Under the pieces are notes generated by a model, which was not told the DNA's origin, did not search any database, and saw nothing but the letters and a program-made list of their open reading frames with translations. Shown piece by piece: positions 44,653 to 56,113 of a stretch of 64,000 nt of DNA; positions within the stretch are counted from its first letter, which is position 1; each line of letters opens with the position of its first letter. Made by a program: the position numbers and the translations under genes. This DNA comes from Octopus sinensis (Eukaryota), in assembly GCF_006345805.1 (NCBI RefSeq), contig NC_043013.1:39432001-39496000 (forward strand). The letters run 5' to 3'.

Positions 44653-45769
44653 ATATGTGCATTATGTGGTCGGTTGAGCTGAAAATATGCAGACCTATGT
44701 TAAAAGTGCTGGCAAGTTTGCATGGCAACTAATTTTTTCCTCAAATGAAAGGCATCATATCAAGGACAAAATTCCTCATCTTATAAAATGTGGCCCCAGT
44801 AGACCCGAATGAAATCGGGTTATATTAACCGTAATGTGAAAAGGGGTCTAAATGGGGCTGGAAGAGGATTAAAATTTAAAGGAGCAGGTGTTTAGCAATT
44901 CTCTGTTACATCAAGCTAAAAAATTTGCGCCAGCCTTTTAATCGTCAATGTGTTACCGTCCATGATGAAGAAGTTTTGAATGCTTGGCATCGTGAGTCTA
45001 CTGTCGTGAGAAAGAATCAATTCAAAACTTGGTGTTTACGAATTTTCTTTTACATCAAGTTCAAAATTTTACGCCAGCCGTTAAACTGTCAAAACGTTGC
45101 TGTCGGTCGTTAAGAAATGCCAGCCATGGTGACTCTACTATCCTCAGATTCTATCCCTTCAAACTTTGGTTTCCAATATTTTATTATTTTTATTCAGCTC
45201 GCAAGTTCGTCTGTCCGTTTTGAATGTTAGTGTTTTGCTTTCTGCCTTGAAGCAGACCTTTCCGTTGTTACTGCTGATATTTATGTTTGATCTTTCTAAA
45301 TATTTTATTGCTCAACTTACTCAAGATCTTTTGTTGTTTATAAATGGGAGAGAGATAGATAAAGATAGAGAGTAAAAGAAAGCGAGGGAGAGTCCGAGAG
45401 AAAGGAAGAGTAAGAGAGTGGGAAAAGTGAGAGAAACAAAGAGGGAGAATCATCACCATCATCATCATCATCATCGTTTAACGTCCGTTTTCCGTACTAG
45501 CACGGGTTGGACAGTTTGACCAGGGTCTGGGAAGCCAAGAGGCTGCACCAGGCTCCAGTCTGATCTGGCAGTGTTTCTACAGGTGGATACCCTTCCTAAC
45601 GCAAACCACTCTGTGAGCGTAGTGGCTGCTTTTTTCGTGCCGCCGGCACAGGTGCCAGGGGGTCTGGCAGCGGCCACGTTCGGATGGTGCTTTTTACGCG
45701 CTGAAAGGAGGCAACAGAAAGTAACAACCACACTCTGACCCGCGTGTAGAGCGGGGCACATTCAGCTAG
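43800..45769 (+). mobile_element. Non-autonomous Helitron(s), head-to-tail
   Basis: 3' hairpin cccgcgcgtagagcggg then CTAG (43837-40) directly followed by 5' TCTCTATAGATAAAA. A second 3' hairpin plus CTAG-T ends at 45769, with a SINE-C inserted at 45451-45700. Confidence 0.65.
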
Positions 45770-46975
45770 TATATATATATATATATATACATATATACGA
45801 CGGGCTTCTTTCAGTTTCCGTCTACCAAATCCACTCATAAGGGTTTGGTCGGCCCAAGGTTATGGTAAGAGACACTTGCCCAAGGTGCCGCGCAGAGGGA
45901 CAGATCCCGGAACCTTATGGTTGGTAAGCACACAGCCACTCCTGCGCTTATATAACTTTTAATAAATCTTAGAAGGATTAGAGTCGCCATTATGAGGCAA
46001 AAAAATAAGCAAGATTCTGAAAACTGAAATTTCTCAAAATTTTATATCTAATATTTCTTAAAGAGAATTCGTGAGTTGTGTTCAAGAATGGTACAAATGC
46101 ATCACTTGGGTGTAGATTGTTGTGAGTAGTACATTGGGTAGGGGAAGTGTTGCTTTGTTAATATGACCAATGTCAGTTAATAAAAAAGTTATGCCCCCAT
46201 TTACCTTACTTTCGTAACATCCGTGTTTGTATATACATATATTTGTATGTGTGAATGTTGTATGCATGCATGTATGTCTGTGCGCGTCGCTATCTACTTG
46301 TAGAGAACATACTGTCGCAGGGGTAAGAATATACTTAATTAATCGAACCTGAAAAACTACTGGACACGAAAATTAAAGCTTAAAAACATTGCCTCTAAAG
46401 TTCGAAGTGGAAAATAAACAGGGAAAATTGAGAGAAAAATATGGTGTCTTTGGGAAGCAAGCTTGTAATGTCACTAAATTGAAATGCCTTTTCTCTCTCC
46501 TTTTGCGCTCTCTCATGTTCACATCAACTTAAAGCCATACCGAATGTTCTACGATCATTTAAATGAGAATATTATCCCTCTTGTGCAAGAATTTCTCTTT
46601 CTACTCTACTCTTTGTACCGGCATCGCTTCTTAGAGACAAAGAGTAATTATTACTGAAACCAAAATTGAAAAGCATAAAATATAAATATTGGATTATTTA
46701 TATGTATAAAAAATTAAGTAAAATAAATTTTATCAATAGACAAGAAATAAATTTTATAGAATGCCATTAAAGAATTCCAGATGTAGGACACCAACACAAA
46801 GAAAGTAACATTACAGGAGTTAAATGCCTCTTGTGTGAAACAGAACAACAAATATCAGTCGGCCTCTTACAAATAAAACAATCGGATAGCGTCCACATTG
46901 TCATTGAGATCTTTTATTTAATTGCGACTTAAATATAAATGATACAGAAATAATTTACTGAAAACTTCATCTTAC

Positions 46976-47065
46976 CCTCTATCATTCTGAGATCGAATAG
47001 AAATTTCACATGACATTGGTTTACGTTCATATCCGTCAAAACCCTCACTTGGTTGTCAAACTTGT
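46976..47065 (-). other. Candidate 90-nt phase 1-1 exon of unknown gene
   Basis: cgttgtatttcag|AC AAG TTT ... ATA GAG G|gtaaga; open only in the phase-1 frame (xKFDNQVRVLTDMNVNQCHVKFLFDLRMIE-G). No recognisable homology. Confidence 0.3.
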
Positions 47066-47524
47066 CTGAAATACAACGACGTAGTTTTACTACTAGTTGT
47101 GTATAAACGTATACTTAAAATACATACACCATCGCTTGATTTACTATTAAGCAAAATAAGTACCTTCTTCGGGCATAAAGTGAAGGAGGGTACCACAAAA
47201 TGCTAAACTGTTTGTGGCACAAAAGAAATCTCTTTAAACTTGCTAAAATATATTCAAAGTGGTTCATATGATCGGAAAAATTTATTTTATTATTTATTAT
47301 TGTTTATATTTTGAATTAGATATACATTAGAGCATCGATATCTTTTAAGTGCTTAGGGTCTCTATGTGTCTTAATCGGGCCCTGAGATACACCAACACAC
47401 TCCCATACATACACTCCTATTATAAATTTAAATCTAAGTCAACTACATTGTAGTCTTGGTAGCCATATCAGGTTATACGAAATACATTTTTCTTTCAAAA
47501 ACTTTCGTAACCTAGCTAAATAAC

Positions 47525-48340
47525 ATTACCCAAACATAAACTTACTTCGTTTCAGACCATATCCACGATCGACTCTTGAACGAAGTTGTATGGAATGCTA
47601 ACCATTGGCCTCTGTGCAAGGACAATCCGAACACAGACAGGTGTTGCAAGGAGTGACCGGTGGAGCGGAAATGACGTGAGACCGGGGTGTCATTGCTGGT
47701 AGAACTCGCCCGCGAACGAGAAGCAGTTGAGTGGAAGGACAAGTTCGGCCAGACGAACGAGTGTGGAGGTCTCGGGTTGGGGATTGGCTTTGAGGTCCGG
47801 GAAGTGTTTCAGTGCACGCAGCCCCTCGTGGTGAGGGATCACAGTGTAAAGAGAAGTTTGGAGGAGCCAGGAGGGAAGGAGAAAGAGTTGAATAGATGAA
47901 GAGCATGGTTGGTGTCATGGATGTGAGAAGCACGAGAAGCCACTAGGGGGGCAAGGACACAGTCGAGATATTTTGAGATAAGCTAGGTGGGCAGTTACAG
48001 GCGGAGACGATGGGGCGGCCAGGGATGCTGGGTTTGTGGATTTTGGGGAGGAAGTAAAAGGTGGGGGTGCGGGGGGTTCGAACAATGAGGTTGGATGCAG
48101 TGTGGGGGAGACGGGAGGACGAGATGAGGTCATGGATAGTAGAGGAGACTGTCTGTTGTAGCTGGACGTGGGGTCAGAGAGCAGAGGGCAGTACAAGGAG
48201 GTGTCATGAGGTTGGCGGAGAACTTCGGCCTTGTAGATGTCCGCGCGCCATATCACCACAGCTCCATCTTTGTCGGTGGGTTTAATAACGATGTTAGTGC
48301 GCCGTCGGAGGGAACGACGAGCCGAGAGTTCGGCTGGGGA
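47525..48340 (-). mobile_element. Penelope-like element (RT plus GIY-YIG remnants, internally deleted)
   Basis: NIVIKPTDKDGAVVIWRADIY, TFYFLPKIHKPSIPGRPIVSACNCP, SHIHDTNHAL, then DTPVSRHFRSTGHSLQHLSVFG. Confidence 0.88.
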
Positions 48341-48344
48341 GATG

Positions 48345-48490
48345 TTGACGAGCTGAGTTCAAATTCCGCCGAGATCTACTTGCCTTTCATCGTTTCGGGG
48401 TCGATAAATTAAGCACCAGTTGCGTACTGGGGTCGATCTAATCGACTGGCACCTCCCCAAAAATTTCAGGCCTTGTGCCTAGAGTAGAAA
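48345..48490 (+). mobile_element. SINE family A (plus strand)
   Basis: ctgagttcaaattccgccgag...ggccttgtgcctagagtagaaaa. Confidence 0.88.
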
Positions 48491-48539
48491 ATATATATAT
48501 ATATTCAACTTCACATAGGCTTACATGTGTTTCTACTGC

Positions 48540-49330
48540 ATCAGTTAGTAACCGTGGTAATTTCAACTCTACTATAATACCGGTGCAGTTTCTTCAGCGT
48601 CTTTACTTTAACATACTTTGATGCAACTGTTTAAAGTTTTTCTATATCTACTGTGCGTTGTATGATGTGAAGTTTTTCCTTAATTTAGACGCGAACTATC
48701 TTAAATACAAGTTTTGATTAGATAATCACTTTTAGCCCGTTATTTCAAAACATTCAACTATTTAAATTTTTATTACTCATCTAAACTGATTTTTTCGTGA
48801 GCATGTATCTTGAAACTTGTTCCTGTCTAGAATTGATTGTGTAATCTTTGTTTCTGTGTTTAAAAGACCAGATTAATATATTTAGACTTGTTTGGAAACT
48901 TTAATCATTATCCCTAAATGAACTTATATGATTAGTCAGTCTCTTCTTGAAAATTTGTGAAGTCGCTCCAATGCAAAAGTATTCATTTCCCTCGGATGTA
49001 ATTATACATCTATATATAACATTTTTAGTTTTACATTTATTATTCACTTAACAGGAGTCCCGTTTAGAATAATTGGAGAGATAATTTTTTATATTTCTCT
49101 CAGATTTAGTATTAATTTGATCATTCATGGCAAAATCAAATTCATTTCTACCAAGTTCTTTGTTTACTCTTTTATTTACTCTTTTATATAACGTTACCTT
49201 TGTTCTATTTGCGGCTGAATTTTTATTTGATTCTATGGTGCAAATGCGCAGTTGAGCTTCTGGTGCGACGATGGCAACAGATAATAGAATATGATGGGAT
49301 ATATTTTCATCAACAAAAGCTTTTCGCATA
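48540..49330 (-). mobile_element. Penelope-like element 3' part (GIY-YIG endonuclease)
   Basis: KCKTKNVIYRCIITSEGNEYFCIGATSQIFKKRLTNHISSF; ends in a degenerate CTGAAGA...GAAA motif. This explains ORF 49048-49329. Confidence 0.75.
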
Positions 49331-49513
49331 AAACTTGCTTGAACTGTTAATTAAAGCTAGAAATATGAAAAACATTTTTGATTCAATCTTGTGTGTACGT
49401 GTGTGTGTGTGTGCGCGTGCCTATCATGAGATAGAGAAAGAGATATAAATAGGTATATTCGTAGGTAGATATATAGATAGGTATGTAGAGACGGACGGGT
49501 CAATATGTATGTG

Positions 49514-49605
<92 letters not shown>

Positions 49606-49983
49606 TTGAAAAAAGTATAAGTATGACTTCACTGGTAGATCTAATCAGTTTCATTTATATTTTCTAGTTTTTTAATAATATAAAAGATCTAGTTCACTAA
49701 ATCTATGAATAGTAAATTAAACTGATTAGAACTACCAGTGGAGACATTCTTTTACTTTTTTCAAATATACCTAACTGTACCAAGGATCTCATACATTTTC
49801 CAGTATGTATATATTTATATATATATATATATATTATATATATATATAGCTATTAGTGAGGGAATATAAATCCATGCTAAATACTTCATAAGCTTTTTGT
49901 TGGAACATCAGGGTAACAATATTGTTTAGATTAGTGAAGAACTCCGAGTGTTCTTATGGCAGTAATTCCGTGGTTGCTGCTGT

Positions 49984-50037
<54 letters not shown>

Positions 50038-50744
50038 CGACTTTGGTTCATGACTTCTAGAATTTCGTGTGGTCTACACTGACTCGAGTAGTAGACCTGT
50101 CAGGTTCTCAGCTATGGGTTAACTACCTTACATAATGACAATACATCTAAATACAGTGATGCAGAAATCCCCTTTGCTATTGCTAGGGCGCACACCGGAG
50201 AGAGTCCTAACTATTGCCACAGATTCCATCTAGGAGCGGGACGTTTTGATGTAAAACCTGCGGTTTTACATTACTACTGTATATCTTGCTTCGGCCTATC
50301 ACCTGATACTATTAACTGAGTTTCAGAAAGAGGAGTTCGTGCAATATAAGCATTTTTACCATAATCCTGTCTACTTAAATTCCTATGTAGACAGAAGCGT
50401 GGTGACGTATACAGACACAACCTTTTGGAAATGCAAAGTAAGTTACAACTTACATCTGTCACCAATACTTTAAATCATGCACGTCTGAGATAAGACTGAA
50501 TAGTTATTTGAAGTGTCATGGATGAAATGTCAGAAATGCCACTGAAAATTGAAGGGTACAAGGCGACGGTAACCGTTTGTGAATATGGAGCAATCAACAC
50601 AAATATATATATACACACACACATATATATGTGCATATAATGTGTATAGTACATGTAATGTATATTATGTATGTGTATGTGCGAGAGAGAGAGAGAGAGT
50701 GTGTATGTGTGTGTGTACATACCTGGTATACATGTATATATACA

Positions 50745-50968
50745 TTTCTTTACTGCCCACAAGGAGCTAAACACAGAGGGGACAAACAAGGACTGACAAA
50801 CGGATTAAGTCGAGTACATCGACCCCAGTGCGTAACTGAATTTATCGACCCCGAAAGGATGAAAGGCAAAGTCGACCTCGGCGGAATTTGAACTCAGAAC
50901 TTAACGACAGACGAAATGCGGCTACGCATTTCACCCGGAGTGCTAACGTTTCTGCCAGCTCGCCGCCT
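50745..50968 (-). mobile_element. SINE family A, Tx1-type tail variant
   Basis: Same head and tail as the copy at 12023. Confidence 0.88.
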
Positions 50969-51050
50969 TATATATACTATGTGTAGAATTTTGCATGTGT
51001 AGAATTTTGCATTACAATAGAAGGCTGGATTGGATAGATCGACAGACAGA

Positions 51051-51301
51051 CTAAAACGTTGGCTTACATCTATCAATTTCCGTGTATATCCAATTACTCG
51101 ATTGTAAAGTGATATTGGCGCTCCACGAATTTCTGTGATTCACGTAACATCCGGATGTGTCTGCGTTATAGTTGGCAGAATAACACGAAGTATTCTCTTT
51201 ACAAGCCAGCATGCAAAAAAAGTAAGATTTTGGCTCTGGTTCGGCGATATTTTCTGCATTTTCAAGCATGGCACCGTAAATAACATTGACTGGACATTTC
51301 G
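51051..51301 (-). CDS. PAN/apple domain exon B (terminal reading to stop at 51051, or spliced at donor after 51068)
   Basis: ttttttcttgacag|CG AAA TGT joins in frame with exon A (G+CG = Ala). KCPVNVIYGA...FCMLACKENTSCYSANYNADTSGCYVN...WIYTEIDRCKPTF*. A strong-looking donor AGAT|gtaagc follows 51068. Confidence 0.8.
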
Positions 51302-51530
51302 CTGTCAAGAAAAAAAAAAAAAAAATTTATAAAAATAAGATCATTTAAAAAAATAAATACAATCAATTACGAATTTGTAATTTGCACTAACATCAATTAC
51401 AAAAAGTACTCGTGTGGTACTATTTTCATCGATGCCGAAAGGATGAAATGCAAAATCGACCTCAACGGAATTTGAACTCAGAACGTAGCCTGCGGACTAC
51501 CGATTCTGCCAGCTAGCCGTTTTAATAATA

Positions 51531-51586
<56 letters not shown>

Positions 51587-51593
51587 AATAATG

Positions 51594-51633
<40 letters not shown>

Positions 51634-51647
51634 TAATAATAATAATA

Positions 51648-51679
<32 letters not shown>

Positions 51680-51696
51680 TGATGATGATGATGATG

Positions 51697-51728
<32 letters not shown>

Positions 51729-52211
51729 TAATAATAATAATAATAATAATGGTTTCAAGTTTTGCCACAAGGTTTGCAATTTTTGGGGAGGTGATGATTC
51801 GATTACATCGACTTCAGTGTTCAACTGATACTTATTTTATCGACCCCGAAAGGATAAAAGGTAAAGTCAACCTCGGCGGAATTTGAACAATGAATGTAGC
51901 GACGAGCAAATACGGCTAAGCATTTCGTCTAGCGTGCTAACGATTCAGCCAACTCGCCGCCTAATAATAATAATAATAATCATTTTCACTATGGGCACAA
52001 GACCTGAAATTAGGAGAGGCTGATAGTCGATTATATCAACTCCAGGACTAAACTTTCCTCGACTCCGAAAGGATGAAAAGCAAAGTCGACTTCGGTAAAA
52101 TTTGAACCGAGCTCGTAAGGACGGACAAAATATCTCTAAGCATTTCACCCAGTGTGCTCCCCATTCTGCCAGCTTGTCGCCTTAATAATAATAATAATGA
52201 TGATAATAATA

Positions 52212-52258
<47 letters not shown>

Positions 52259-52278
52259 GATGCAGTACCAGACAGTGG

Positions 52279-52338
<60 letters not shown>

Positions 52339-52399
52339 AGTAGAAAAATGAAATTTCTTTTTATGGATAATTCGTTTAAGCGATACCTGGGTAGCAAAT

Positions 52400-53350
52400 T
52401 CACATCAGAAATAACACGGTTGAAGTTACGTGCCTAGGGCAGAGACTACGTGTTTTCGTGTGGAAATTTGTGTGTATTTTTATAAAATATATGAATAAAG
52501 GAAAGAATGGAGTTGAACGACAAATTAACAAATTTCCTTTATTTTCGACATATGTTTCGAAGGCTGCATATTCCTAATTGTGAAGGAATAAGGAGTACAT
52601 TATGCCGCTTTCTCATCAGGAAAAACAAGGAATTTATGTCAACATCAAGATTCACAAAAACTTTTAGATGACTGCTCTCACGGAGCGCATAGTGATAATG
52701 AGTGTCTCTTTAATATTCCTTTATAATGAGTGACGTCAAACTGGTTGAATGTAGAAAATTCTAGAAGGTTCTAAAGGTTCAAGAGTTCAAACGAAGTAGG
52801 GGGAGAGAGGCCTAAGAAAAGTAAGGTGATTTGGAACAGGTCGTATGTATGGTGGGTTTTGTTAAATTCTTTTGTGAATGGGAGTCTGTGTGAGTGAATG
52901 AATATAACTGTATTAATACCTATGTGTGTGTATGTGTGTGCGTGAATGTGTATGTGGATGGGTAGATGTCAAAAAGACAGATAGTGGTGTTGTAGCAGAT
53001 ATGTGTCTGTGTGCTTGATTACTATAGATAGAGGGAAAGAGAGAGAAAAAGAAAGAGGAGGGCGAGGTATTGGGACAAAGGCAAAACAAACCTCAATGGA
53101 TTGGGTAGTATGTCTTTGAAAGCATAAAAAAAATTTTTAAACTAAAGGGGTGAAATATAAATGGAAATATATTAATTAAAATTCAAGGGGGTTATCTATA
53201 TTAGTCATTATTCATATGAGTGAAAGGTGTGTTTTCTCCAGTGCAAGCACCTGTAGGACCTCTCGACGATTGAATTTATTAAAGGTACTTTGGCGAATAA
53301 TATATGAAAAAATTAAGAATTACAGACGCCACAAATTTTTCTGCCCTTAT
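52400..53350 (-). mobile_element. Penelope-like 3'/pLTR remnant carrying a hammerhead motif
   Basis: Degenerate PLE-like C-terminal coding relic near 53200-53350; hammerhead at 52542-52624; (TA)n on one side and (TAA)n on the other. Confidence 0.55.
52542..52624 (-). ncRNA. Type I hammerhead ribozyme motif, intact core
   Basis: Minus strand: TTTTC-CTGATGA-GAA[long stem II extension]TTC-GAAA-CATATG-TC-GAAAA. 5-bp stem I, G-C-closed stem II, palindromic short stem III, GUC cleavage triplet. Confidence 0.8.
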
Positions 53351-53360
53351 CAAACGGAAC

Positions 53361-53409
<49 letters not shown>

Positions 53410-53441
53410 TAATAATAATAATTAATATTAATAATAATAAT

Positions 53442-54294
53442 AGCAAACAAGCTGATGTTGACCAGAAGCAAACCCGTTAGTGGCTACGGAGCTCAGGACT
53501 AAAAGCAGAGAGCGAAGGTTTCTTCTTGGCTGCTCAAGATCAAAGCCTATTAACCCGGATCTACCAGGCCAATGTGATGAAAAATGGAGCAGACCCAAAA
53601 TCCCGATTCTGCAACGACATGATTGAAACAGTGGACCACCTAATCTCTGGATGTAAAGTCTTAGCACCAGTGGAGTATAAATTAAGACATGACAGAGTTG
53701 GCCAATATCTACACTGGCTAATAAGTCGGCATTACAATATCAAAACTGCTGGCAAGTGGTATAATCGCCACCCTGAAGCTGCAACTGAAGGAGAAAATGT
53801 AACGATTTTGTGGGACTTTCCAGTACATACAGACCGAGCCATCAAAGCCAATAAACCGGATATTGTTGTGAAAGACCAAAACAATTAAGTTTGCTTATTG
53901 ATCGACATGAGCATCCCCTGTGATCATAATATCTCGGCGAAAGAGTTTGACAAGCTCAGAAAATATAAAGACCTGCTCATTGAATTTGACAGAATGTGGC
54001 ATCTCAAGGCGGTTACAATACCAGTGATCGTAGGAGCACTAGGAATGATTAAGAAGGGAATCGAAAATTATATGAGAATGATTGTCTTAACTGGTACATC
54101 ACACGTATTGAGAAGAGCATTATAGATGTGAGAACTATTACTACCCATGTATTTTAATTTAACTTAAAAACAAAATGAACGAACTAGTGAGTTTAGTTTA
54201 ATGGCCTACCAATGTATACTATGAGTTTCTTTGCCCTAGGAGTCGGGAAGACACTCGGCAAGAAATGGAAGCAAATTTGAAAGAAGAAAAAAAG
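53442..54294 (+). mobile_element. R4/Dong-type RLE non-LTR retrotransposon, 5'-truncated (different subfamily)
   Basis: ESEGFFLAAQDQSL, CNDMIETVDHLISGC, HDRVGQYLHW, ILWDFPVHTDRAIKANKPDIVVKD, LLIDMSIP, KYKDL; (TAA)n on both flanks. Confidence 0.9.
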
Positions 54295-54326
54295 ATAATA
54301 ATAATAATAATGATAATAATAATAAC

Positions 54327-54368
<42 letters not shown>

Positions 54369-54444
54369 TAATATTATTATTATTATTATTATTGTTGTTG
54401 TTATCATTATTATTATTATTATTGTTATTATTAATTTTTATTTT

Positions 54445-54829
54445 TATTCTAGGCACAAGGCCTTGAACGTTTTGGGGGAAGGGGCCAGTCGATTACATCG
54501 ATCCCAGTGCGTAACTGGTACTTATTTAATTGAACCCGGAAGGATGAAAGACAAAGTCGACATTTACACTTTGAACGTAGCGGCAGACGAAATAACTATT
54601 TCTTTACTATCCACAAGGGGTTAAACACAGAGAGGACAAACAAGGACTGACAAACGGATTAAGTTGATTATATCGACCCCAGTGCGTAACTGGTACTTAT
54701 TTTATCGACCCCGAAAGGTTAAAAGGCAAAATCGACCTCGGCGGAATTTGAACTCAGAATGCAGCGGCGGACGAAATACCGCCAAGCATTTCGCTTGGCG
54801 TGCTAACGTTTCTGCCAGCTCGCTGCCTT
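54445..54829 (-). mobile_element. Two SINE family A copies head-to-tail
   Basis: Two cores with two different tails; adjacent to (TAA)n. Confidence 0.87.
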
Positions 54830-54852
54830 AATAATAATAATAATAATGATAA

Positions 54853-54883
<31 letters not shown>

Positions 54884-54929
54884 AATAATTATAATAATAA
54901 TAATAATAATAATGATAATAATAATAATA

Positions 54930-54988
<59 letters not shown>

Positions 54989-55065
54989 CATGATGATGAT
55001 GAAGAAGCTGAAGAAGCTGAAGAAGAAGAAGAAGAAGAAGAACAACAACAACAACAACAACAAAC
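54829..55065. repeat. (TAA)n/(GAA)n/(CAA)n microsatellite abutting the PAN exon A donor
   Basis: Direct inspection. Confidence 0.95.
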
Positions 55066-55077
55066 AAGTATATTTAC

Positions 55078-55323
55078 CTGATCTTATTTTCTGATAGAAG
55101 TTGTAATCTAATGAATTTTGAAGTCTGACTTTGCTAGTCCATGTCTTGTACAGTAAACATTTGGATATCGATTCGTCGAAAGCAAAAGAATAACATGCTA
55201 ACGTATTCAGACAGTCATTTGCACAATTTGAAAGTGTTACTGTCTTGATTGTCTTCGGAGTACCCGAAGGGAATTGAGCGTTGGGTACTTTCACGAATTT
55301 ATCGCGATTTGGAAAATTCGATT
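55078..55323 (-). CDS. PAN/apple domain exon A (internal, phase 1-1)
   Basis: tcctatattgttacag|AA TCG AAT ... AGA TCA G|gtaaat; 246 nt; C-x3-C-x5-C-Y-S-F-x-F-x6-C-L-L-Y pattern (SNCANDCLNTLACYSFAFDESISKCLLY). There is no in-frame ATG upstream, so an unseen 5' exon is required. Confidence 0.8.
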
Positions 55324-55443
55324 CTGTAACAATATAGGATATTATACATAAAGATATGATACGACAAAATGTTTGATCAAACAAGCAGTGTTGAAAAATT
55401 TCTTAGTCACCAATATATACGCGTAAAATGTAGTGTATATGTA

Positions 55444-55479
<36 letters not shown>

Positions 55480-55699
55480 TAAATAAATAAGTATATATAT
55501 ATGTATATAAGTCAGTAAATGGAGAAATGATAGAAGAAAAAAATAATAAGGCAGAATGCGAAAAATGAAAGTACTTTTTAATAAAAATGGGTGTATGAAA
55601 ACTTAAAAAAGAAATCAAACCGGCTTTTATGGCAAGGTAAATTTTTAAGATTTGGAAGGGGAAAAATATTGTTTTAAAAGGGAAAAGAAATCAAACCGG

Positions 55700-55749
<50 letters not shown>

Positions 55750-56082
55750 CATAACTGATGGAGTCTCTCGTCATGGACGCAGGTTATTTGTTTGTAGTGA
55801 TCAAATGTTGGTGTTTATATAAGCTCCATCCCTCCATCAAATCGATAACACCTGTACAGGTGCACCATGCGCCACATGTCAGTTGAGGAAATGATCGCAA
55901 AGGGAAATGAACTGCTTTACTCAAGAACCAAACGTAACGCCGAGTCTCGGAATCGAACCCACGATCTCGCAATCGTAGCACATTTGTGTATTCCAGTACA
56001 CCAAAGCATATTTGTGCGTGATACATTTTGTATGAACATACTGTAGAATACTGAAGGATAGAATTAAATATAGGAACACCAC

Positions 56083-56113
<31 letters not shown>

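Noticed and set aside
49048-49329. 93-aa ORF as a possible first exon of the SLC3-like gene
   Set aside because: No transmembrane or SLC3 motif; it continues into a Penelope GIY-YIG relic.
50420-50545. Possible third PAN-gene exon
   Set aside because: All three acceptors tested give stops within about 10 codons in the required phase; it cannot be distinguished from noise.
55324-55384. Apparent signal peptide MFDQTFCRIISLCIISYIV before the PAN domain
   Set aside because: It starts at TTG, an in-frame TAA lies 7 codons upstream with no ATG, and a good acceptor sits at 55325-55324. The hydrophobicity reflects T-rich intron sequence.
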